Shown: in pieces, positions 1 to 13,850 of the stretch
How positions within the stretch are numbered: the stretch's first letter is position 1
How the letters are laid out: the number at the start of each line of letters is the position of its first letter
NCBI GenBank assembly: GCA_040954595.2
Contig: CM082596.2
Span: forward strand, 10,312,461 to 10,376,460
From: Balanoglossus misakiensis
Taxonomy: Eukaryota > Animalia > Hemichordata
Length of the DNA stretch: 64,000 nt
Direction: 5' to 3'
The notes under the pieces: generated by a model
What the model saw: the letters and a program-made list of their open reading frames with translations, nothing else
Databases searched by the model: none
What the model was told of the DNA's origin: nothing
Translations under genes and position numbers: made by a program

Positions 1-3000
1 AACCTAAATATTTTGATAATTATGGCAATGACCCTTGAACTACTTGGATATGTCTATTGATAAAAAGCCCAACAGTCATTATTTTGTTCACATGAGTTTT
101 ATTGCTGCCATGACATAACCCTAATATTTTGATAATTTTGGCAATGACCCTTGAACTACTTGGATATGTCTCTTGTTAAAAAGCACAACAGTCATTATTT
201 TGTTCACATGAGTTTTATTGCTGCCAGGACATAACCAAAATATTTTGATAATTTTGGCAATGACCCTTGATCTACTTGGATATGTCTCTTGTTAAAAAGC
301 ACAACAGTCATGATTTTGTTTACGTGACTACTATTGCTGCCAGGACATAACCCAAATATTTTGATAATTATGGCAATGACCCTTGAACTACTTGGATATG
401 TCTATTGATAAAAAGCCCAACAGTCATTATTTTGTTCACATGAGTTTTATTGCTGCCATGACATAACCCTAATATTTTGATAATTTTGGCAATGACCCTT
501 GAACTACTTGGATATGTCTCTTGTTAAAAAGCACAACAGTCATTATTTTGTTCACATGAGTTTTATTGCTGCCAGGACATAACCAAAATATTTTGATAAT
601 TTTGGCAATGACCCTTGATCTACTTGGATATGTCTCTTGTTAAAAAGCACAACAGTCATGATTTTGTTTACGTGACTACTATTGCTGCCAGGACATAACC
701 CAAATATTTTGATAATTTTGGCAATGACCCTTGATCTACTTGGATATGTCTCTTGATAAAAAGCACAACAGTCATGATTGTGTTCACATGAGTTTTATTG
801 CTGCCAGGAAATAACCCAAATATTTTGATAATTTTGGTAATGACCCTTGATCTTCTTGGATATGTCTCTTGATAAAAAGCCCAACAGTCATTATTTTGTT
901 CACATGAGTTTTATTGCTGCCATGACATAACCCTAATATTTTGATAATTTTGGCAATGACCCTTGAACTACTTGGATATGTCTCTTGTTAAAAAGCACAA
1001 CAGTCATTATTTTGTTCACATGAGTTTTATTGCTGCCAGGACATAACCAAAATATTTTGATAATTTTGGCAATGACCCTTGATCTACTTGGATATGTCTC
1101 TTGTTAAAAAGCACAACAGTCATGATTTTGTTTACGTGACTACTATTGCTGCCAGGACATAACCCAAATATTTTGATAATTTTGGCAATGACCCTTGATC
1201 TACTTGGATATGTCTCTTGTTAAAAAGCACAACAGTCATGATTGTGTTCACACGAGTTTTATTGCTGCCAGGACATAACCCAAATATTTTGATAATTTTG
1301 GCAATGACCCTTGATCTACTTGGATATGTCTCTTGATAAAAAGCACAACAGTCATGATTGTGTTCACATGAGTTTTATTGCTGCCAGGACATAACCCAAA
1401 TATTTTGATAATTTTGGTAATGACCCTTGATCTTCTTGGATATGTCTCTTGTTAAAAAGCACAACAGTCATGATTGTGTTCACACGAGTTTGATTGCTGC
1501 CAGGACATAACCCAAATATTTTGATAATTTTGGCAATGACCCTTGATCTACTTGGATATGTCTCTTGTTAAAAAGCACATCAGTCATGATTTTGTTAACA
1601 TGAATTTTATTGCTGCCAGGACATATACCAAATATTTTGATAATTTTGGCAATGACTCTTGATCTACATGAGTTTTATTGCTGACATGCCATAACCCAAA
1701 TATTTTGATAATTTTGGCAATGACCCTTGATCTACTTGGATATGTCTCTTGTTAAAAAGCACAACAGTCATGATTGTGTTCACACAAGTTTTATTGCTGC
1801 CAGGACATAACCCAAATATTTTTTATAATTTTGGCCATGACCCTTGATCTACTTGGATATGTCTCTTGTTAAAAAGCACAACAGTCATGATTTTGTTTAC
1901 GTGACTACTATTGCTGCCAGGACTTAACCCAAATATTTTGATAATCTTGGCAATGACCCTTGATCTACTTGGATATGTCTCTTGATAAAAAGCACAACAG
2001 TCATGATTGTGTTCACACGAGTTTTATTGCTGCCAGGACATAACCCAAATATTTTGATAATTTTGGCCATGACCCTTGATCTACTTGGATATGTCTCTTG
2101 TTAAAAAGCACAACAGTCATGATTTTGTTTACGTGACTACTATTGCTGCCAGGACATAACCCAAATATTTTGATAATTTTGGCAATGACCCTTGATCTAC
2201 TTGGATATGTCTCTTGTTAAAAAGCACATCAGTCATGATTTTGTTAACATGAATTTTATTGCTGCCAGGACATATACCAAATATTTTGATAATTTTGGCA
2301 ATGACTCTTGATCTACATGAGTTTTATTGCTGACATGACATAACCCAAATATTTTGATAATTTTGGAAATGACCCTTGATCTACTTGGATATGTCTCTTG
2401 TTAAAAAGCACAACAGTCATGATTGTGTTCACATGAGTTTTATTGCTGCCAGGACATAACCCAAATATTTTGATAATTTTGGTAATGACCCTTGATCTTC
2501 TTGGATATGTCTCTTGTTAAAAAGCACAACAGTCATGATTGTGTTCACACGAGTTTTATTGCTGCCAGGACATAACCCAAATATTTTGATAATTTTGGCA
2601 ATGACCCTTGATCTACTTGGATATGTCTCTTGTTAAAAAGCACATCAGTCATGATTTTGTTAACATGAATTTTATTGCTGCCAGGACATATACCAAATAT
2701 TTTGATAATTTTGGCAATGACTCTTGATCTACATGAGTTTTATTGCTGACATGACATAACCCAAATATTTTGATAATTTTGGAAATGACCCTTGATCTAC
2801 TTGGATATGTCTCTTGTTAAAAAGCACAACAGTCATGATTGTGTTCACACAAGTTTTATTGCTGCCAGGACATAACCCAAATATTTTTTATAATTTTGGC
2901 CATGACCCTTGATCTACTTGGATATGTCTCTTGTTAAAAAGCACAACAGTCATGATTTTGTTTACGTGACTACTATTGCTGCCAGGACTTAACCCAAATA

Positions 3001-5420
3001 TTTTGATAATCTTGGCAATGACCCTTGATCTACTTGGATATGTCTCTTGATAAAAAGCACAACAGTCATGATTGTGTTCACATGAGTTTTATTGCTGCCA
3101 GGACATAACCCAAATATTTTGATAATTTTGGTAATGACCCTTGATCTTCTTGGATATGTCTCTTGTTAAAAAGCACAACAGTCATGATTGTGTTCACACG
3201 ACTTTTATTGCTGCCAGGACATAACCCAAATATTTTGATAATTTTGGCAATGACCCTTGATCTACTTGGATATGTCTCTTGTTAAAAAGCACATCAGTCA
3301 TGATTTTGTTAACATGAATTTTATTGCTGCCAGGACATATACCAAATATTTTGATAATTTTGGCAATGACTCTTGATCTACATGAGTTTTATTGCTGACA
3401 TGACATAACCCAAATATTTTGATAATTTTGGAAATGACCCTTGATCTACTTGGATATGTCTCTTGTTAAAAAGCACAACAGTCATGATTGTGTTCACACA
3501 AGTTTTATTGCTGCCAGGACATAACCCAAATATTTTTTATAATTTTGGCCATGACCCTTGATCTACTTGGATATGTCTCTTGTTAAAAAGCACAACAGTC
3601 ATGATTGTGTTCACACGAGTTTTATTGCTGCCAGGACATAACCCAAATATTTAGATAATTTTGGCCATGACCCTTGATCTACTTGGATATGTCTCTTGTT
3701 AAAAAGCACAACAGTCATGATTTTGTTTACGTGACTACTATTGCTGCCAGGACTTAACCCAAATATTTTGATAATTTTGGCAATGACCCTTGATCTACTT
3801 GGATATGTCTCTTGATAAAAAGCACAACAGTCATGATTGTGCTCACATGAGTTTTATTGCTGCCAGGACATATACCAAATATTTTGATAATTTTGGCAAT
3901 GACTCTTGATCTACTTGGATATGTCTCTTGTTAAAAAGCACAACAGTCATTATTTTGTTCACATGAGTTTTATTGCTGCCAGGACATAACCCAAATATTT
4001 TGATAATTTTGGCAATGACCCTTGATCTTCTTTGATATGTCTCTTGTTAAAGAGCACAACAGTCATGATTGTGTTCACACGAATTTTATTGCTGTCAGGA
4101 CATAACCCAAATATTTTGATAATTTTGGCAATGACCCTTGATCTACTTGGATATGTCTCTTGTTAAAAAGCACATCAGTCATGATTTTGTTAACATGAGT
4201 TTTATTGCTGCCAGGACATACACCAAATATTTTGATAATTTTGGCAATGACTCTTGATCTACTTGGATATGTCTCTTGTTAAAAAGCACAACAGTCATTA
4301 TTTTGTTCACATGAGTTTTATTGCTGCCAGGACATAACCTAAATATTTTGATAATTATGGCAATGACCCTTGAACTACTTGGATATGTCTCTTGATAAAA
4401 AGCCCAACAGTCATTATTTTGTTCACATGAGTTTTATTGCTGCCATGACATAACCCAAATATTTTGATAATTTTGGCAATGACCCTTGAACTACTTGGAT
4501 ATGTCTCTTGTTAAAAAGCACAACAGTCATTATTTTGTTCACATGAGTTTTATTGCTGCCAGGACATAACACAAATATTTTGATAATTTTGGCAATGACC
4601 CTTGATCTACTTGGATATGTCTCTTGTTATAAAGCACAACAGTCATTATTGTGTTCACATGAGTTTTATTGCTGCCAGGACATAACCAAAATATTTTGAT
4701 AATTTTGGCAATGACCCTTGATCTACTTGGAGATGTCTCTTTTTAAAAAGCACAACAGTCATGATTTTGTTTACGTGACTACTATTGCTGCCAGGACATA
4801 ACCGAAATATTTTGATAATTTTGGCAATGACCCTTGATCTACTTGGAGATGTCTCTTTTTAAAAAGCACAACAGTCATGATTTTGTTTACGTGACTACTA
4901 TTGCTGCCAGGACATAACCGAAATATTTTGATAATTTTGGCAATGACCCTTGATCTACTTGGATATGTCTCTTGTTAAAAAGCACAACAGTCATGATTGT
5001 GTTTAAATGAGTTTTATTGCTGCCAGGACATAACCCAAATATTTTGATAATTTTGGCAATGACTCTTGATCTACTTGGATATGTCTCTTGTTAAAAAGCA
5101 CAACAGTCATGATTGTGTTCACATGAATTCTATTGCTGTCAGGACATAACCCAAATATTTTGATAATTTTGGCAATGACCCTTGATCTACTTGGATATGT
5201 CTCTTGTTAAAAGCACAACAGTCGTGATTTGTTCACACAAGTACTACTGCTGCCAGGGCATAACCCAAATATTTTGATAATTTTTGCAATGACCCTTGAT
5301 CTACTTGGGTATGTCTCTTGTCAAAAAGCACAGCAGTCATGATTTTGTTCACATGAGTTTTATTGCTGCCAGGACATAACCCAAATATTTTGATAATTTT
5401 GGCAATGACCCTTGATCTAC
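1..5420. repeat. Tandem satellite, 116-bp monomer (continues beyond the left edge of the window)
   Basis: The unit AACCCAAATATTTTGATAATTTTGGCAATGACCCTTGATCTACTTGGATATGTCTCTTGTTAAAAAGCACAACAGTCATG... recurs at 1, 117, 233 and onward. Variant trimers and a recurrent deletion monomer (GATCTACATGAGTTTTATTGCTGACATG) appear near 1661, 2310, 2726 and 3375. Confidence 0.97.
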
Positions 5421-7390
5421 ATTTCCAAAACTTGGTATGCACAGCAGATACAGCTTTTAAATTTAGAGGACCGGAACACCTAATGAAATACATGTATTAA
5501 CCTTAACACAATAATTATGTATATAAGCTATTTAAAGTTAACCAATAAAGCGTAGAAGTCTGCTTGTTGTTGGACACTGATCAGTTTGGTATCAAATTTT
5601 GTTGGCACATTTTGCATCACCTCTGGCGTACTTTACCATTTCTAGGCATCCACAACAGATACAGCCTTCACTTTCTGTTGGAACCATGCTAACCACTTTG
5701 GCCACTCCAATGCTGCTTGTAGCTCTAATTGTCTTCTTAATGGCAGCCATATTGGATTTTCTAATAACTTTTAAAAGTTGACATTTTCATAATCTACAGG
5801 GCCAATCAAATTGTAGTTTACTGTAGGGTTGAAAGTTTGACAAAAATATCATTAGTGGTCATGTGACTTTGGGTGCCTTATTAGATTTTTTAAAAATCTC
5901 ATTAAAAAATTACAAAAAATCTTTTTCTAATCAAGTTTTCAAGTGAATTGTGATTGGTGTAACCTTATCAGAGCTAAATTGGATTTTCTGAACCCCGATT
6001 AAAAACTAAAATTCCCTATTTCTAGCCTACTCATTGAAAGCACACAATTTCCTTATATGGATACGAGTCACCATATGATTAGAATACGTTACATATTTTG
6101 GCAACTTTCACATGTTCTTTGATCCATACTGTGCAGTTAAAAGTTTGACAATAATATCGTTAGCAGCCATGTGACTTTGAATGCCTTATTGGAATTTTGA
6201 AAAAACTCATAAAAAATTCAAACAGACGTTTTCTAATCAAGTTTTCAAGTGAAATGTGATTGGTGTCACCTTATTGGAGCCAAATTGGATTTCTCTGAAC
6301 ACTGATAAAAACTAAGATTTCCTATTTCTAGCCTACTCATTGAAAACAAACAAATTAATTTTTGCCAGCAATTTGTTGGCAACTCTCGCATGTCCTTTGA
6401 CCCAGTAATTCCAGAACTTAATTTTATGTGGATATGGCTCTTGTTAAAAAGCATAACAGTCTTGATTGTGGTCACATGAGTTTTATTGCTGCCAGGACTT
6501 AACCCAAATATTTTGATAATTTTGGCAATGACCCTTGATCTACTTGGATATGTCTCTTGTTAAAAGCACAACAGTCATGATTTGTTCACACAAGTACTAC
6601 TGCTGCCAGGGCATAACCCAAATATTTTGATAATTTTGGCAATGACCCTTAATCTACTTGGGTATGTCTCTTTTTAAAAAGCACAACAGTCATGATTTTG
6701 TTCACATGAGTTTTATTGCTGCCAGGACATAACCCAAATATTTTGATAATTTTGGCAATGACCCTTGATCTACATTTCCAAAACTTGGTATGCACAGCAT
6801 ATACAGCTGTTAAATTTAGAGGACCGGAACACCTAATGAAGTACATGTATTAACCTTAACACAATAAGTATGTATATAAGCTATTTAAAGTTAACCAATA
6901 AAGCGTAGAAGTCTGCTTTTTGTTGGACACTGATCAGTTTGGTATCAAATTTTGTTGGCACATTTTGCATCACCTCTAGCTTACTTTACCATTTCTAGGC
7001 ATCCACAACAGATACAGCCTTTGCTTTCTGTTGGAACCATGCTAACCGCTTTGGCCACTCCAATGCTACTTTTAGTTTTAATTGTCTTCTTCATGGCGGC
7101 CATATTGGCTTTTCTAATAAGCTTTAAAAGTTGAAATTTTCATAATCTACAGGGCCAATCAAGTTCTAATTTACTGTGCGATTGAAAGTTTGACAAAAAA
7201 ATCATTAGTGGTCATGTGACTTTTGTTGCCTTATGGATTTTTTAAAAATCTCATTAAAAAACTTCAAAAATCTTTTTCTAATCTAGTTTTCAAGTGAATT
7301 GTGTTTGGCTAAACCTTATTGGAGTCAAATTGGATTTTCTGAACAACGATTTAAAACTAAGATTTCCTATTTCTGGCCTACTCATTAATT
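5200..7390. repeat. 1353-bp-period tandem duplication of the satellite end plus degenerate HINE sequence
   Basis: ATTTCCAAAACTTGGTATGC occurs at 5421 and 6774. The near-identical short ORFs at 5599 and 6952 have the same offset. Each copy has a decayed HINE 3' end (AATGCTGCTTGTAGCTCTAATT near 5710, more degraded near 7063). Confidence 0.88.
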
Positions 7391-7673
7391 ATTCGTGGAT
7401 ATGCCTCTTGTTGAAAAGCACAATGGTGATGATTTTTTTCACACGAATAGTACTGCTGCCAGGACATAACCCAAATTTTTTGATAACATTGGCATTGAAC
7501 TTTGAAGTTTGGCACCTGTATTCTTTTCTGAATATCTTATGGCGCCTAGACTAATAGCACTAGAGGTTTGGTTTTTGATGTATATGGACAAGTATGGGAC
7601 TTAGCTTTTTTTAGGGGCACAAGCCTATCGGGCTTGTGCCCCTATTGGTATTGTTGGAATTTTTCTTATTATT

Positions 7674-9153
7674 ATTAGGGCCCAAGCGCATACCAGCGCT
7701 TGGGCCCTATTGGTTTCGTTGGGGTTTTTCTTTCTTTCTTTATTCTTCTGTCATTTCTTTGTCGCTCTAGATCTCAGACACTACTGCAGGTACAGTTCTC
7801 AAAGTTGCTACAGTGGTCAAGGTCAATGAGTAGTCGTGCATTGAACCCATGAATTTTTAATTAGTCACATGACCTGACGGCCATCTTGGATTTTCTGAAA
7901 AAATGCAAATCTCAGATCTCAGAAACTACAAGTCAGATCCACTTCAAATTTGGCGTGCAGGTAGACTACCTTCTGTCAAACATTTTTGTAATTGGAAATT
8001 ATGCTGTCAATGTTGCAGTTTTTTTGCTACAATTTTTTTTCTGAAATCTGGCTTAAATTTCAAAAATCTTCTTCTCCAGAACCGGTGATAACCGAGACAC
8101 GGGGTTTGGGGTATGTAGTCACCTAACTGATGTCTATAAAGTTTGCGAAGATCATTGTGATTGGTCGAAGATTATGGCGGCCATATTGGATTTTCGAAAA
8201 ACCATAGTAAAATTTCAAAAATCTTCTTCTCGAGAACCGGCGATAACCGAGTCACAAGATTTTGTGTGTGTGGTCATTCAACAGATGTCTATCAAGTTTG
8301 CGAAGAGGAATGTGATTGGTCGAAGATTATGGCGGCCATATTGGATTTTGTGAAAAACGATTAAAAAGTAAAAATTCCCTTTCTAGCCTAAAAATTGATA
8401 GCACAGAAATTCTTTTCATGGATATGAATCATCATATAACAAGAATAAGCTATAAATATTTTGGTAATTTTGGCAATGACCTTTGACCTACTTTTGACGC
8501 ATCAATTTTCTGCATATCTAATTCCAGGCTAACCAATAGGGCTATAAGTTTGGTTTTTGATGTATGTGGATTTGTATGTGATCAAAAAATTTTGCTACTT
8601 TTCATGACCCCTTTGACCTCTGCTGACCTCATTAAATATGCGCATACCTAATTACAGATGAACCAATAGACCTAGAGGTTTGGTCTTTTTTGGACATTGA
8701 TCAGTATGGGGTCAAAATAATTTGCCCAAATTTTGGGTGACCTCAGGTGACCTTTGACCTACTTTCGCATTTCTCGGTATCCAAAGCAGATACAGCCTTG
8801 GCGTTTTGAGGTTTGGGGCCATAATGAAAAGCCAAATTTTTGGGTCACCAGTGACACCTGCTGACCTCATTAAATATGCACATACCTAATTACACGTAAA
8901 CCAATAGAGCTAGAGTTTTGGTTTTTGTTGGACATGGACCACTATGGGTCAAAATTTTCTGCCCAAATTGTGGGTGACCTCTGGGTGACCTTTGACCTGC
9001 TTAACACTATATCAACACCAAACATAGATATAACCTTGATATTTAATGGGATAAAACACAGCATTATGTTTCTACTCATTAATTATGTGCATATCTAATA
9101 ATCAGATCAGATAATAGAGCTTGGGCCCGGACAATGCTGCTTGCAGCTTTAAT
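7674..9153 (+). mobile_element. Non-autonomous Helentron-type element (HINE), nested copy 1
   Basis: The 5' end is ATTAGGGCCCAAGCG-cataccag-CGCTTGGGCCCTATT. The 3' end is GCTTGGGCCC...GCTGCTTGCAGCTTTAATT. It is inserted in the ATT microsatellite of the outer element. Confidence 0.85.
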
Positions 9154-9154
9154 T

Positions 9155-10632
9155 ATTAGGGCCCAAGCGCACGCAAGCGCTTGGGCCCTATTGGTTTCGT
9201 TGGGGTTTTTCTTTCTTTCTTTTTTCTTGTGTCAATTTCTTCGGCCAACGAGATCTCTGAAACTACTGCAGGTACACTTCTCAAACTTGATACAGTGGTC
9301 AAGGTCAATGAGTAGATGTGCAGTGACTTGTGAATAATTAATTAGTCACGTGACCTGGCGGCCATATTGGATTTTCTGAAAAAATTCAAATCTCAGATCT
9401 CAGAAACTACAAGTCAGATCGACTTCAAATTTGGCATGCAGGTAGACTACCTTCTACCCATCATTTTTGTAATTGGAAATTTTGCTGTCAATGTTGCAGT
9501 TTTTTTGCTACAATTTTTTTTCTGAAATCTGGCTTAAATTTCAAAAATCTTCTTCTCCAGAACCAGTGATAACCGAGACACGGGGTTTGGGGTATGTGGT
9601 CACCTAACTGATGTCTATCAAGTTTGCGAAGATCATTGTGATTGGTCGAAGATTATGGCGGCCATATTGGATTTTAGAAAAACCATTGTTAAACTCCAAA
9701 AATCTTCCTCTCCAGAACGGGCGATGACTGAGTCGCAAGATTCGGGGAGTATGGTCACTACACTGATGTCTATCAAGTTTGCAAAGAGCATTGTGATTGG
9801 TCGAAGATTATGGCGGCCATATTGGATTTTGTAAAAAGCAGTGAAAAATTGAAATTCCTTTTTCTAGTCTAAAAATTGATAGCATACAAATTCTTTTTAT
9901 GGATATCAATCGTCATGTGACTAAAATATGTCACAATTTTTTGGCGATTTTTCACATGACCTTTGACCTACTTATCACGCGTTATTATTTCTGCATATCT
10001 AATTCCAGGCTAACCTATAGGGCTAGACGTTTGGTTTTTGATGAATGTGGATTAGTGTGTGATCAAAATATTTTGCTACTTTTCATGACCCCTTTGACCT
10101 CTGCTGACCTCATTAATTATGTGCATAGCTAATTACAGGCGAACCAATAGAGCTAGAGGTTTGGTTTTTGTTGGACACAGACCAGTATGGGATCAAACTT
10201 TTTTGCCCAAATGTTGCGTGACCTCTGGTGACCTTTGACCTACTTTCGCATATCTCAGCATCCAGAGCAGATACAGCCATGGCATTTGGTAGGATGGGAC
10301 CAAAATGTAAAGCCACATTTTTGGGTCACTTGTGACACCTGCTGACCTCATTAAATATGCACATACCTAATTACAGGCGAACCAATAGAGCTAGAGTTTT
10401 GGTTTTTGTTGGACATGGACCAGTATGGGTCAAAAAAAATTGCCCAAATGTTGGGTGACCTCAGGTGACCTTTGACCTACTTCACCCTATTTAAGCAGCA
10501 AAAATACACACGTCCTTGTTATGTCATGAGATAATACATCCGATAGAAAATTCTGTTTCTTCTCATTCATACTGTGCATATATAATTCAAGATCAGCGCT
10601 TGGGCCCGACAATGCTGCTCGCAGCTTTAATT
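9155..10632 (+). mobile_element. Non-autonomous Helentron-type element (HINE), nested copy 2, head-to-tail with copy 1
   Basis: It has the same 5' hairpin (AGGGCCCAAGCG-cacgcaag-CGCTTGGGCCCT) and the 3' end GCTTGGGCCCGACAATGCTGCTCGCAGCTTTAATT. The interior is collinear with copy 1 but diverged. Confidence 0.85.
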
Positions 10633-12289
10633 ATTATTATTATTCTTCCGAGAAATATGTCATTGTAGATCTGGAAAACCGCAGCACCTAGGGGGCCGAA
10701 ACTTGGTAGGGTGGTAGGGGCCAATGAGTAGATGTGCAGTGGCTCGTGAATATTTAATTAGTCACGTGACCTGGCGGCCATATTGGATTTCCTGAAAATC
10801 GTTAAACGAGTCCTTCTCAAAAACCACTGGGCTGATCGAGTTCAAATTTGGTGTGCAGGTAGCCTACCTTATGTCCATCATTTTACCCTATTAAAATCAT
10901 GACGTCATGCATAAAGTTTTTTTGCTACAATTGTTTTTCTGAAAAACAACTTAAAACTTTAAAAATCTTCTTCTCCAGAACCAGCGATTGCCGAGTCACG
11001 GGATTCGGGGTATGTGGTCACCTAACCTATGTCTATCAAGTTTGCGAAGCGCACTGTGATTGGTCGATCATTATGGCGGCCATGTTGGATTTTCGGAAAA
11101 CCATTGAAAAATGAAAATTCCGTTTTGTAGCCAAAATGTTGACAGCACGGAAATTCTTTTTTTGGATATGAGTCATCATATGACCGGAAGTTGTCACAAT
11201 TTTTCGGGGCAATTTTCACATGACCTTTGACCCAGTTTTAAAACAACTAATTATATATGCATATTCCCCATACCTCCTCTTGTCAAAGCACCACAGTCAT
11301 GAATTTTGTGGACATGGGTACCAATGCTGCCAGGACATGACACAAATATTTTGGTAATTTTGGCAATGACCCTTGACCTATTTCTGAAACATCATTTTTC
11401 TGCATATCTAATTCCATGCTACCCAATAGGGCTAGAGGTCTGGTATTGGTTGGACATGGCCCACTCTGGGTTCAAAATTTTATGCCCAAATTGTGGGTGA
11501 CCTTGGATGACCTTTGATCTACTTTCCCATATCTCAGCATCCAGAGCAGTTAGAGCCCTGGCTTTTATGGGGATTGAGCACATAATGGAGTCTTACACAA
11601 GACTTCATTAATTATGTGCATACCTAATTGCAGGCGAACCAATAGGGCTAGGGGTCTGGTTTTTTGTTGGATCTAGACTAGTATGGGGTCCAATTTTTTT
11701 GCCCAAATTTGGGGTGACCTCAGGTGACCTTTGACCTACTTTCCCATATCTTGGTATCCCCAGCAGATACAGCCGTGGCATTTGCTGGTCACCATGGGAA
11801 CCGCTTGTGCCCTGCCAACGCTGCTTGCAGCTTTAATGTTACATTTGGAATCCACTGGACCAATGTTGAGCTTATTAAATATGTGAATAACTAATGCTGA
11901 GCTTACCTATATTGTTACAGGTTGAATTTTTTATTAACATGCTCTACTATTGGACTTAATCTGAATTTCTTGACCAATGATAACCTTCAAATTTTGAGGG
12001 CTGGAACACCTAATTACCAGGTTAACCAATAGAGCCAGAAGTCGTGTTTTCATTTTATGCTGATTATTTTGGAAGAAAAAATTGTTGACAATTTTGGGTG
12101 AGCTCTTGGTGACCTTTGATCAGCTTTCCTATTTACATAGCAGATACAGCATTGGCACTCTCTGGTATCCATAGGAACTGCTTTGACCTAGCCAATGTTG
12201 GTTGCACCTTAATTGCACCGCAGTATGTTGGTTTGGGCGAGCTTGCCACATTAATCCTATCATTATCATTGATTTTATTGATTTCATGT

Positions 12290-12900
12290 TTTTAATTCTT
12301 TCATTCTTTTTTTTTTCTGTAGGTCCCACCGGTACTCTTCTTCTTCTCTCTCTCTCTTTCTTTTTTTCTTTTTCCTCTTCTTTCTTTTCTCTTTTTTTTC
12401 CTTTTTTTTTCTTTAGGCCCCAATGGTAACACCATAATCAACCTACTAACGTAAAATTTGATGGATGGAGAGAGCGGAGTGTCAACCATAGTCAACCTAC
12501 TAATATAAACTTTGATGGAGGATGGATGGAGCGTCAACCATAGTCAACCTACTAATATAAACTTTGATGGATGGATGGATGGAGCGGAGCGTCAACCATA
12601 GTCAACCTACTAAAATATAAACTTTGATGGATGGATGGTGCCGTGGAGCGTCAACTTAAATGATGGAGAAGTGGAAGGATGGAGAAGTGGAGTTTTTTTC
12701 TCTGTTTTTTCCTCTTTTTTTCCTGTAGGGCTCACTGGTAACACCATAATCAACCTACTAACGTAAAATTTGATGGATGGATGAAGCGGCGTGTCAACCA
12801 TAGTCAACCTACTAATATAAACTTTGATGGATGGATGGATGGAGCATCAACCTAAAGGATGGAGAAGTGGAAGAATGGAGAAGTGGAGTTTCAACATAAT
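12290..12900. repeat. Pyrimidine-rich low-complexity tract followed by a ~55-60 bp minisatellite with (GGAT)n
   Basis: A T/CT run spans 12300-12415. The unit CAACCATAGTCAACCTACTAATATAAACTTTGATGGATGG repeats in two blocks (~12420-12700 and ~12725-12890). Confidence 0.85.
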
Positions 12901-13019
12901 ATCCTATTGACCGAAATTATTAGTTAGAGTAATATAGACATACAAAACGAGGTGATCGTAATATAAAACTTAATAGTCCAATAAATCGGGTTAATAATTG
13001 GTAGTGATTACTTGTTTTA

Positions 13020-13850
13020 AAATTAGGTTAACAGCAATGGCTTTGTGCAGGGTATGATAATAGGTTCTGAAATGTGTATGGTATAATAACGGTGAACAAA
13101 TTTGAATTTGGTTTAATAAAAGGGTTAAAAATGTGATGATGGTTTTATGGTAAAATTGGAGTGTACACAGGTTATAAAGGGGTAACAGTGGTTGCTTGTA
13201 TGAAGGTAATGATAATAGGGTAACAAATGTGACTGGTATAAAAAATGTATAATAACGGGTTCATAATATGATGATGGCTTGTGTACACAGGTTATAATGG
13301 GTATATGAATGAGAAGGGTATAATAATGGTAATAGGGTAACAAATGTGACTGGTATAAAAAGGTATAATAACGGGTTCATAATATGATGATGGCTTGTGT
13401 ACACAGGTTATAATGGGTATATGAATGAGAGGGGTATAATAATGGTAATAACTGTGTCAGGTTTAATAAGGGTAGCAATTGTGCAAGGGTATAATAACGA
13501 TTAATAATTGTGGTGATGGCTTATGGTGATATTAAGTATAAAAGGGTGTTTAATATTGATGGTGATGATAAAGGTATAATAATGATAAATCGTTAAATAA
13601 GTGTCCAGGGTCTAATAATCATGTTGGTTCATTCATTGGTTAATGTGAATATTTTATGAATAACATGCTATTATTTCTCAGATAGATAATACTCGTCAGC
13701 ATCGTTATTCGGTGGAATTTCTCGCAACGGTACCCGTGATTGTATTCGCGCATCGACACATTGTACGCGACAGACATGCAGAAAATGTTAGCACAATGTT
13801 AGGTTAGCTTAACCTCCCCACCCCATCCAAATTCCAAATTTAGCTTAGAT
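13020..13850 (+). repeat. Dispersed repeat, homologous to ~33480-34110, with an internal ~116-120 bp tandem duplication
   Basis: Both copies share GGTTCATTCATTGGTTAATGTG, CATTGTACGCGACAGACATGCAGAAAAT and ACCTCCCCACCCCATC..AAATTCCAAATTTAGCTT. GTGTACACAGGTTATAA occurs at 13161, 13281 and 13397. Confidence 0.75.

Larger units (their letters stand above)
7611..11837 (+). mobile_element. Non-autonomous Helentron-type element (HINE/DINE-1-like), outer copy, interrupted by two related elements
   Basis: The 5' hairpin AGGGGCACAAGC-ctatcgg-GCTTGTGCCCCT follows a T run and is followed by an (ATT)n tract. The element resumes at ~10633. Its 3' end has the subterminal repeat GCTTGTGCCC (11803) and the stem-loop GCTGC-TT-GCAGC followed by TTTAAT. 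Confidence 0.8.

Noticed and set aside
1-5420. CRISPR-like regular array
   Set aside because: The whole unit repeats with no unique spacers, there are no cas genes, and the context is eukaryotic.
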